The position numbers and the translations under genes were made by a program. This document shows, in pieces, positions 1 to 10,917 of a DNA stretch of 44,236 bases. The notes under the pieces are model-generated. The model did not search any database and had not been told where the DNA came from. It saw only the letters and a program-made list of their open reading frames with translations. The first letter of the stretch is position 1. Each line of letters begins with the position of its first letter. Source of the DNA: Tubiluchus corallicola (taxonomy: Eukaryota; Animalia; Priapulida); NCBI GenBank assembly GCA_030141605.1, contig JAQGDQ010001365.1, forward strand, positions 1 to 44,236, read 5' to 3'.

Positions 1-2518
1 CGCACACACACACGCACGTACGTGCACACACACACACACGCACTTATGCGCACACACACACATGCACGTATGCGCGCACACACACACACACACGCACATT
101 CTTATATCCTGCATCAATGATATAAATAGTTTGGGTCAGCATGACACAAAAACGGTTTTATCAGCAGCCACCTATTCCTTTACTGGTCTTGCTCAGCATT
201 GCTAAACTTCAGTCGCTAAGCACTCACCATTGCGTTTGTGTCTTGCAAAAAAAGCGCTTGGTATTTACAACAACCAAGTCTGTGTTGCTTACCGGAAGGT
301 TTCCTCCATCATTAACAGATTTTTTTATGCCATTCAGGCTTTTTTGCATTAGGCGATGCACATGACTGAGTGGGCATGTGTATCGTCACACTTGACAGTT
401 GAAATTAAGAATATTACAGAGGCTGTCAGTGAACCAGTTTTGTACGACTTCACTTTGGTTGGTTTCATTGCTTTCGCCACACTAATTCTGGCTGTTTACG
501 TCTCGGAGGTAGGACCTGAACATGGCTAAGACACTTCTGCTGGTCTAGTGGCTCATCTTAGAAGATGGTCTGTAAAGTGTTGTAAGATAGGTTCCAGTAT
601 TGCCACGATCATCCAACTTGGTGACTTGCTGTTTAATGCTACATTCCGCCATGCAATATTCCAAATCGCATAAAAAAATAATCAGTTTCTCGCATATTTC
701 CGTGTTTTAATGGCTGTTCAACAATTTTTTGCCAATAAGCCTTTTCGCAGTTTCGTTGTGCGCAAGCACAGTTGCTGTAGGTCAAAGGTTAAGTGTACCA
801 CAGCAACGGCGTGTTAGGTTACGATCGCCACGTGACGTGGGGGCAAAGCCGTCTGTTGCATCGGTTTAGTAACTTCGGTTGTTTTACGTGGACATAATTA
901 TGCATTAGTCTGCGTGTTGAGTGATTTTCTAGCAGGATCTTGCTTGGGAACAAGAAAAAATGAACTAGGTAAGGTTCAAGCTAGCTGTTAAAACTGTTAC
1001 TATTGCAATAGCATGAGCTGCGAGGCGTTGTCAAGTGTACATAAATGTGTTGTCTGGTACACTTGACCTTTATCTTCACGATCATCGTCAATGCTGAACT
1101 GGGAAAAAGCTTATTTTTTAATACTAGTCAACAACCAGGCACAAGCAATAGAAAACTTTGCTCAAACAAACCTACGAAAGATTTATTCATTTCTTCGCTC
1201 GTGCAGATGATAACGTAGATGATACCCGTAATGATACGTTTACGATGCGCTTGTTTTGCAATGCGGTTAATATATCCGACGTTTGTTTGTTTCAGTGTTT
1301 ACCTGTTCCTGCGAGCTGTTTATCTTGTCAGCTAGAGCTCAGGTAAAGTCATGGCGGTCAAATAAGTGTTGCGGACGCTACTATGCTGTCGATTATTACC
1401 GACTCTGCCGTAATCGGCTCGAGATATTGGTGCTCGTTTGTCTCTGTATAAAACGGGTAGAACATGACTTTCTATCTTTTATATCATTCCATATATGAGC
1501 TTCATTCATTACATCGTTCCATTTTAAGCACTAATGTTTTTTTCATCACGATTCATTTTAAAATTTCAGATTATCTCCATTATTTTTTCTCTATCACTGT
1601 GTGGGACAATCTAACAAGCCCTGCTTTTTGATTGCCCGCAACACATTTACCTTCGTATATAGGTGAACAGTGTTTGAGGCTTTTCCTGTGCAGTATTTCT
1701 TATTTGTATTATACCCATTGTAGATCCTTTCACTAGATATTGTACATGTAACTATTGTAAATGTGTAAGGTGAAATAAATGACTTATGACTTTTCTATTA
1801 TATGATAAGAGAATGAAAGTCCCACAATTGGGCGATGAAGATTAAAGAGCTGCAGTTGTATTTTGCAATAGTATTATACTTATTATGAACTCACGTAGAT
1901 TTGTGAAAACTTTGCTATTTCGTGAAATGGAATGAATTATTACATAATTAGCCACTAAAATTTATCTAGATCTAATTTACTAACCCTGTGTATATATAAT
2001 ATGTATAATGTATATAATATGTATATATATATATATATATATGTAAATATTTGTCAGGAAATTTGAGTAAATAAAAAAAATAATCACCGTGAATCGATAT
2101 TTTTCCAAACATATTTTTAAGCGAGTCGTGTTCAAATAAAATTTTGCTATGACAGGTTCCCAGTTTCGATTTTTGTTGGATTAAGAAAGTTTATTTAATG
2201 TGATTAGTGTAATTTCATTAGCACTACTGCAACTGTGCTGACACATTATATATCAGTAAATGTGTGAATGTCGGTGCACAAAAATGTTTAAATATGTATA
2301 CTGGTAATGCAATTTCTGCTTATCTTGGTCATGGAAAATTAGTATTTGGTCAGGGAAAAGTCAGGAAAATTTATTTTAAAATTCTGTGGGAACCCCGAGT
2401 TTCTGTACGAGTCTAGCAGTCTTCTCTGCACATGCGTGACATTCAAAGTGCCACAAAGTCTTTCATTTTTTAACTGAACTATTTATTTCGAGGAGTAATA
2501 CATTGAAGATTAGTTTTT
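1..2518. repeat. Left arm of a large inverted duplication (probably continues left of the window)
   Basis: Reverse complement of ~4392-6935. ORF 141..365(+) is identical to 6571..6795(-), and 1283..1498(+) matches 5410..5634(-). The inner end ...GAAGATTAGTTTTT pairs with AAAAACTAATCTTC at ~4394. Confidence 0.95.
779..1070. mobile_element. Short MITE-like dispersed repeat with inverted ends (AGGTCAAAGGTTAAGTGTACCA)
   Basis: Inverted ends GTCAAAGGTTAAGTGTACCA...TGGTACACTTGACCTT. There is a mirror copy at 5852-6157 and an internally deleted copy at 22247-22439. Confidence 0.6.
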
Positions 2519-2852
2519 GAGACAATTAGGCGACTGATTCTACATTACTATGAGTCTAATATGTCAGGAGCGGGCCGTACTAGACGTTTTTGAGACAATT
2601 AGATGATTGATTCTACATTACTATGAGTCTAATATGTCAGGAGTGGCCCGTACTAGACGTTTCTGAGACAATTAGATGATTGATTCTACATTACCGTGAG
2701 TCTAATATGTCAGGAGCGACCCGTACTAGACGTTTTTGAGACAATTAGATGATTGATTCTACATTACAGTGAGTCTAATATGTCAGGAGTGGCCCGTACT
2801 AGACGTTTTGGAGACAATTAGGTGATTTATTCTACATTACCGTGAGTCTAAT
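2513..2852. repeat. 73-bp tandem array, ~4.6 copies
   Basis: GAGACAATTAG recurs at 2519, 2592, 2665, 2738 and 2811. Confidence 0.95.
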
Positions 2853-3003
2853 ACACCGCATCTACTGTCTTAGCTTAGTATCGGTAAATACGGACAATTG
2901 GCAAATTCGGACAGACGTCTCCCTGCTTTTGTCCGGCAAACCGAGATATTTAAATTTAAATTGCTTGTAACCATAATTTCAAGTTAACCAGCGAAGTCCA
3001 CCA

Positions 3004-3280
3004 GATTGCCCGGACTGGAACCATCAGTACTGCAAGTCTTACTGATTGCCCGGACTGGAACCATCAGTACTGCAAGTCTTACTGATTGCCCGGACTGGAA
3101 CCATCAGTACTGCAAGTCTTACTGATTGCCCGGACTGGAACCATCAGTACTGCAAGTCTTACTGATTGCCCGGACTGGAACCAGCAGTACTGCAAGTCTT
3201 ACCGATTACCCGGACTGGAACCATCAGTACTGCAAGTCTCACTGATCACCCGGACTGGAGGCATCAGTACTGCAAGTCCT
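3004..3280. repeat. 40-bp minisatellite, ~7 copies
   Basis: Unit GATTGCCCGGACTGGAACCATCAGTACTGCAAGTCTTACT, near-identical copies. Confidence 0.95.
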
Positions 3281-4128
3281 GCTTATCGAGGCCCCATTTA
3301 TGACAAATAATCTTACTGTGGTGAAGTTTGGGGACCCACTCATTTGATGGACTTGATGAAAGTAATTCTGCATGTGTTGGGCGAAATTTTGAGCGTCCAT
3401 TCACTAAACCGATGGACATGTTCCGATGCACGGCGGTTTACTATTTTGATGGAATTCTGGATGTAATTCTGGACGCAATGGACGTAAGTTGAACTCCCGT
3501 CTACTAAACCGATGGACCTAAGTAATCTTGGACGTAACTTTGAGCATCCGTTCACTAAATTAAAGACTATCTTACGTCCATTTGCTAAGTCTATACACAC
3601 ACAAGCCAAAACCGAAATTTAAGTTCAATTATCGGCAAACCGAACGAACCGAAAATTTTGTTTGGTAACATCTCGTTACGGGAGGTTTTAACTGTACCAT
3701 GGATAACGATTAGCCATTTGGTCTATTCATATGAAAGATAAACGAATTAGTTAATGTATCTGTAGAGAACCACTGGCACTACTTCGAAAATAGTTTACAT
3801 ACGAACTAGAGAAATAGCAAAAAGTTTAACACTTACAGGTTAAATTCGCAATAATATCCAGAAACCTGTAATACAAAACAAAGTATTAAATATTGATAAT
3901 TTGATTCATTCGTAAGAAAACCACATTCTTCGGCTACTTCAATTCAATTCAGTTTTATTGCACAAATACATACAATGTACATTGGCAAAGCAGTACATGT
4001 TAAATGCTACATAAACCGTCTGAGTGCAAAGTTATGTACTAGATAAGATAAGATATAAGACGTATTTATTTCACACATGTAATACAGATTAGCCATTAAT
4101 GAAACTCTATTTATAAAAGGAAATAAAA

Positions 4129-4446
4129 CTCGAAATAAATAGTCCCGATGAAAAACTGTTCTTCAATGTATTACTGCTCGAAATAAATAGTCCGGTTGAA
4201 AAAACCGTTCTTCAATGTATTACTGCTCGAAATAAATAGTCCGGTTGAAAAAACTGTTCTTCAATGTATTATTGCTTGAAATAAACAAGTTGAAAAAACT
4301 GTTCTGCAATGTATTACTGCTCGAAATAAATAGTACGGTTGAAAAAACTGTTCTTCAATTTATTACTGCTCAAAATAAATAGTCCGGTTGAAAAAAAACT
4401 AATCTTCAATGTATTACTCCTCGAAATAAATAGTTCAGTTAAAAAA
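4129..4446. repeat. ~49-bp tandem array, ~6.5 copies
   Basis: Unit CTCGAAATAAATAGTCCGGTTGAAAAAACTGTTCTTCAATGTATTACTG starting at 4129, 4177, 4226 and onward. Confidence 0.9.
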
Positions 4447-6935
4447 TGAAAGACTTTGTGGCACTTTGAATGTCACGCATGTGCAGAGAGAGAGACTGCT
4501 AGACTCGTACAGAAACTCGGGGTTCCCACAGAATTTTAAAATAAATTTCCCTGACTTTTCCCTGACCAAATATTGATTTTCTGTGACCAAGATAAGCAGA
4601 AATTGTATTACCAGTATACATATTCAAACATTTTTGTGTATGGACATTCATACATATACTGATATATAATGTGTTGGAGTAGTGCTAACCAAACTACACT
4701 AATCACATTAACTAAACTTTCTTAATCCAATCATTATTTTTGGAACAGAAATTGAAACTGGGAGCCTGCCATAGCAAAATTTTATTTGAACACGAATCGC
4801 TGAAAAATATGTTTGGAAAAATATCGGTTCACGGTGATTATTTTTGCAACCCTTTCCAATTTCCCTGACAAATATTTACATATATATATATATATATATA
4901 CATATTATATATTATACATTATACATATTATATATACACAGGGTTAGTAAATTAAGATCTAGACAAATTTTAGTGGCTAATTATGTAATAATTCATTCCA
5001 TTTCACGAAATAGCAAGTTTTCACAAATCTATGTGAGTTCATGATAGCAATTATAATACTATTGCAAAGTGGCTGCTGGCTGTTAATCTTATCTTAATTG
5101 TGGGACTTTCATTCTCTTATCATATAATAGAAAAGTCATAAGTCATTTATTTCACCTTACACATTTACAATGGTTTCATGTAATACAATGAACGTAATAC
5201 AAATAAGAAATACTGCACAGGAAAAGCCTCAAACACTGTTCACCTATACACGAAGGTAAATGTGTTGCGGGCAATCAAAAAGCAGGGCTTGTTAGATTGT
5301 CCCACACAGTGAAAGAAAAAAAAGTAATGGAGATAATCTGAACTTTTAAAGTGAATCGTGTGACAAAAAAACATTAGTGCTTAAAATGGAATGATGTAAT
5401 GAATGAAGCTCATATATGGGATGATGTAAAAGATAGAAAGTCGCGTGCAATCTTACCCGTTTTATGCAGAACCACAAGCAGAGCACCAATAATCTCGAGC
5501 CGATTACGGCAGAGTCGGTAATAATCGACAGCATAGTAGCGTCCGCAACACTTATTTGACCGCCATGACTTTACCTGAGCTCTAGCTGACAAGATAAACA
5601 GCTCGCAGGAACAGGTAAACACTGAAACAAACAAACGTCGGATATATTAACCGCATTGCAAAACAAGTGCATCGTAAACGTATCATTACGGGTATCATCT
5701 ACGTTATCATCTGCACGAGCGAAGAAATGAATAAAATCTTTCGTGAGTTTGTTTGTGAGCCGCGGGGTTTTCTATTGCTTGTGCCTGGTTGTTGACTAGT
5801 ATTAAAAAATGAGCTTTTTCCCAGTTCCAGCAATTGACGATGATCGTGAAGAGGTCAAAGGTCAAGTGTACCAGACAACGCATTTGTGTAGACTTGACAA
5901 TGCCTCGCAGCTCATGCTGTTGTAATAGTAACAGTTTTAACAGCTAGCTAGAATTTTACCTAGTTCATTTTTTCTTGTTCCCAAGCAAGATCCTGCTAGT
6001 AAATCACTCTACGCACAGACTAATGCATAATTAACTAAAGTCAACGTAAAACAACCGAAGTTACTAAGCTGATGCGACAGATGGCTTTGCTTTACCCCAC
6101 GTCACGTGGCGATCGTAACTAACACGCCGTTGCTGTGGTACACTTAACCTTTGACCTACAGCAAGTGCGCTTGCGCACAACGAAACTGTGAAAAGGCTTA
6201 TTGGCAAAAAAAATTGTTGAACAGCCATTAAGACACGGAAATATGCGAGAAACTGATTATTTTTTATGCGATTTGGAATATTGCATGGTGGAATGTAGCA
6301 TTAAACAGCAAGGCACCAAGTTGGATGATCGTGGCAATACTGGAACCTAACTTACAACACTATATAGACCATCTTCTAAGATGAGCCACTAGACCAGAAG
6401 AAGAGTCTTAGCCATGTTCAGGTGTGAGAACGTCCTTCCTCCGAGACGTAAACAGCCAGAATCAGTGTGGCGAAACCAATGAAACCAACCAAAGTGAACT
6501 GGTTCACTGACAGCCTCTGTAATATTCTTAATTTCAACTGTCAAGCGTGACGATGCACATGCCCACTCAGTCATGTGCATCGCCTAATGCAAAAAAGCCT
6601 GAATGGCATAAAAAAATCTGTTAATGATGGAGGAAACCTTCCGGTAAGCAACACAGACTTGGTTGTTGTAAATACCAAGCGCTTTTTTTGCAAGACACAA
6701 ACGCAATGGTGAGTGCTTAGCGACTGAAGTTTAGCAATGCTGAGCAAGACCAGTAAAGGAATAGGTGGCTGCTGATAAAACCGTTTTTGTGTCATGCTGA
6801 CCCAAACTATTTATATCATTGATGCAGGATATAAGAATGTGCGTGTGTGTGTGTGTGTGTGCGCGCATACGTGCATGTGTGTGTGTGCGCATAAGTGCGT
6901 GTGTGTGTGTGTGCACGTACGTGCGTGTGTGTGTG
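4392..6935. repeat. Right arm of the large inverted duplication
   Basis: Reverse complement of 1-2518, including the (TA)n tract and the compound (GT)n tract. Confidence 0.95.
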
Positions 6936-7014
6936 CGCGCATAAGTACGTGTGTGTGTGCGCGCGTAAGTACGTGTGTGTGTGTGTGCGCGTACGTGCAT
7001 GCGTGCGTGTGTGT
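6838..7014. repeat. Compound (GT)n/(GC)n microsatellite
   Basis: Alternating purine-pyrimidine tract, mirrored at 1-98. Confidence 0.9.
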
Positions 7015-7078
7015 CCGATTATTCTAAGACATGGTTTAGTCAGTACAGTGTCTAATGTAATCTTAAAAAATACTAACA

Positions 7079-7885
7079 CTGTAATCGCCGCTTAATAGAC
7101 TCACGGTTAATAGACTCAATCACTTAATTGACTCAGAAACGCCTGTAACGGGCCGCTTCCATTCAAATATACATAAAAACTATCAGTAAATGACTCAAAT
7201 AACTCCGCATAATTGACTCAATATTTTTCCTTCACCTACTTAAAATAAGACATTTCTATGTGCCCAAAGAACCTTTCCTACTTTTATGTCGTCTTTACTT
7301 CCCTTTTGTGCATTATATGTAGAAACAGTCACGTTAAGTGCCGTTTTGTTTCTAAGCAGGTACGTTTATCGCGCGCTAACACGCTACTGTAGCGGTTTTG
7401 CTTTGAATCTGTTACCCAAAGAATTTCTGGAAGCTAAACATTTAATCACTTGCCTAGCGGTTTCGATTTGATGCTCTCTTTGCAAATCACGCTTTCAGGT
7501 TTCATGAGTTACTGAGTTACTTACTTTCATGATAATTACGACAACTTTGTCAGCCAACTCTCTTTGAAGAAAATGAAGCAGCCAACTTTTAAGGAATTTT
7601 TGTAACAGACTTGTGTGATTTCGAAAAGTACGATATTTTTTAATTTATTGCTAGTTCACTTATATAAATTAATATTTTAAAATATTTTTAAAAAATTTTA
7701 ACTGCACAAAAGAATTTTGGAATTACTTCGTTTCTAAAATTCATTAAAAACTTTTGTAGCGCATAGATAGCTGAGACTCATATTTCTATACCAGTAATAC
7801 TACACCCATCGGTTAATAGGTTCAGTCGGTTAATTGGGTCAAAACAAGTCGGTCCCAAAGTGAGTCTATTAAGCCGTGCCTACTG
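7079..7885. mobile_element. Non-autonomous Tc1/pogo-type MITE
   Basis: Imperfect TIRs CTGTAATCGCCGCTTAATAGACTCAC ... GTGAGTCTATTAAGCCGTGCCTACTG|TA, with no coding capacity. A related fragment lies at ~23170-23262. Confidence 0.7.
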
Positions 7886-8084
7886 TATCCGTAATAATCA
7901 GCTAAGTGCCACCATAACCTGCGCACGAAAGTGTTACACTTAGTTCAACATCGCCTGGCATCCGTATAATCAGAGACTTTTCACTCTCTATGTGCATTTT
8001 CTATGTATAAAAGTTTCACTCTTATTTGAACATATTCCTCTAAAGTTTCACTTGATATTTTTGCATTGTGAATTTCTTGTTTAA

Positions 8085-8626
8085 AGGAAAACCGGACGAT
8101 TGTTTAGACTCATTTTAATTTACTGTCCAAAATATACATTTTCTTGCCTATAAATGTTAACAATTGTTTCTTATATTTGAATAATTAGCTTAGAAAGTAA
8201 ATTAACGGCAACCGAACGCAGCTATTGCTTACGTCAGAAACTAACCACAGTTTGTGCAATGGCAGACATCTTCCCTCGCGCATCAAGCATGTTTGCATAA
8301 GTGTTACCGTACTGCTTAAACGTGCGAAGTCACGAAAATGGGCTCTACATCATATGGCGTCAGAAACGCACACTGCAATTCATGATTATGCTTATCACGG
8401 TACCGCCTTCTATTTGTCGGCCAAGCGACTGTGACAAAAAGGCGCCGCTGCCAATCTTAGTAGATTCACTGAGCCGCGCGTAGCTTTGAAAGTTTAACGA
8501 AATTTGAATATCCGAGGTAATTATTACTTAATGTAAGCTTTGATTCAAAATAAGCTATTGTAGTTTTCAATATTGTAGAGCATTCTTTATTCTGAACTAA
8601 TGTTTACACAATCATCCGGTTTTCTT
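8085..8626. mobile_element. TTAA-flanked non-autonomous DNA element (Kolobok-like ends)
   Basis: TTAA|AGGAAAACCGGACGATTGT ... ACAATCATCCGGTTTTCTT|TCAA. The body matches the reverse complement of 25513-25915. Confidence 0.75.
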
Positions 8627-10253
8627 TCAACTGCTTTTCCAAAGATTTAGTCGACAAATTACAGACGGGCCTTCAATGTTGCTTAGATCTAGTTAACCGG
8701 TTAACGGTTAACTGGTAAAAAATTAACTGGTTAAACGATCAAGTCAACCATTAACTGGTCATAACAGCCCTGCTACTGGACTCGGACTCATTTCTCACGC
8801 TCAAATTGTCGCTCTTTTCGGTGACTGCATGCTGAGTGATATTATGATGATGATAGATTCAACTTGCTTGAGCAATATGAAACTATTAATAAATTCTTAC
8901 ATTTAGGATTCCAACGAGTTATAAACATACACGGAATATACAAAAACTGCGATAAAAGGTGTCTAACAAAAAATGAACATTACGATCGTTTCAGGCAGTA
9001 GTCATTATAATAGAGATTTAAATGACATTAATAAAGAAGAAAAGGTATATTTGTTCCTAATGTGGTGAAAATAATATGTTGTTTTAGGCATGGGACCAAG
9101 ACTCTGGCTAAAAGTTTGGCATTTGGCCAAATAACAGTAGAGGAAAGTAAATACGTGGATTTGAAATTAGAATCGATTTAAGACCATCTTAATTGAGCAG
9201 AATCATCAAAGCTAACGTTTACCTTTCACAAAAGTACAGTCAACACAATGCATTTGTATTCTAACAGTTAAAGTAACATGTTAGATTGTCCAACATTAAT
9301 TAGGTTTATTTCTTCTTGCAATAATTTCTTTCACAAGATGGATATATATATATACTTTAACTTAGTTACATATTATATACACTAGTTATTATAATAGTTA
9401 AACAGGCGAAAAGTAATGCAAGTAAGAGTTGCATTACACGACGTATGACACTACGCAAAAAATAAACAAATAAACGAAAACATACCATAAAATATTCCCC
9501 AAACACAGTGGAAAGTAGCTTACTAGAGCACGACCAATTCACCGTGTTATCACAGTGCAAGCGGATTTATACATTGTGCACTTAAAATTTGCTCCGCATC
9601 TTTTAGCACAACTTTTGTGGTCCTGCTGTTGCCATATTAAGTTTCACGTTGATTACGCAGCTTTGTAAGCTCTTTCTTTTGTGGAAAGACAGGTTCTCAG
9701 CTATAAATGGCATGAAAATCGGGAACTATGCTACAGTAGACATAGTTTTGACCTTTTTGACTGTAAAGATTACTGGTATTGCTCTTTTGAGTTATTATTG
9801 TGTTATGTTGACATAGTTTGTGTTCTTGTTAAATCGTCGTGGTTTCGCAAAAAATGAGACAATGTCTCATCACTTGAAATAAAAGCAATCGTTGACTTTT
9901 ATTTTTGGGTAGGCATGTTTTAACAGTTGGCGTAATTTGTGGGACATATTAAATATGGTACAGACAAAAATGGCGTGATAACGTGAGCAAAGTAAAAAAG
10001 GGCACAAATGGAAAAATAGGAAGACCTGACAAACTTATAAAACACGAGTGTAGGCAAGGGTTATTGTGGGGTAAGGGTTGCTGTGTGGTATAATTCTTTT
10101 ACTTATTTTTACCTTTGCCATGGAAGTTATGCTTCAACACAGTTGTTTATTTTTTTCGTCTGTTTGAAGAAAAATGCATTTTGACGTATGTTCCTAGAAA
10201 GGGGAGGGTGAAAACTGCCAAAATGGATGTTTTTTGCCTGTTATAATTTCACA

Positions 10254-10782
10254 AAACAAGCTGTCGTGTGCTACACGTGTATAATGTTTTATCTTAAAAA
10301 ACTTAAATGATAAACAAGCTGTCGTGTGCTACATGCATATATGTTTTATCTTAAAAAACTTAAATGATAAACAAGCTGTCGTGTGCTACATGTATATATG
10401 CTTTATCTTAAAAAACTTAAATGATAAACAAGCTGTCGTGTGCTACATGTATAATGTTTTATATTAAAAAACAAATGATAAACAACCTGTCGTATGCTAC
10501 ATGTATAATGTTTTATCTTAAAAAACTTAAATGATAAACAAGCTGTCGTGTGCTACATTTATATAATGTTTTATCTTAAAAAACTTAAATGATAAACAAG
10601 CTGTCGTGTGCTACATGTATATATGTTTTATATTAAAAATCTTAAATGATAAACAAGCTGTCGTATGCTACCTGTATAATGTTTTATCTTAAAAAACTTA
10701 AATAATAAACAAGCTGCCGTGTGCTACATGTATATAATGTTTTATCTTAAAAAACTTAAATGATAAACAAGCTGTCGTGTGC
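10254..10782. repeat. ~57-bp AT-rich tandem array, ~9 copies
   Basis: Unit AAACAAGCTGTCGTGTGCTACATGTATAATGTTTTATCTTAAAAAACTTAAATGAT with small length variants. Confidence 0.95.
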
Positions 10783-10917
10783 AGTAAAGGTAAATTCATA
10801 GTCTGCAGTTCATAGTCTTTCAATATCATGATCGCGGTACTAAAATAGGCAATAATTTGTCAGCTAAAGGGATATAAATGAAGTAATTTTTTCAGGTATG
10901 CAAGATCTGAATCAAAC

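Noticed and set aside
141-7095. Short ORFs in the inverted arms and in the (CA)n/(GT)n tracts
   Set aside because: They are mirror or low-complexity products with no recognisable domain or splice support.
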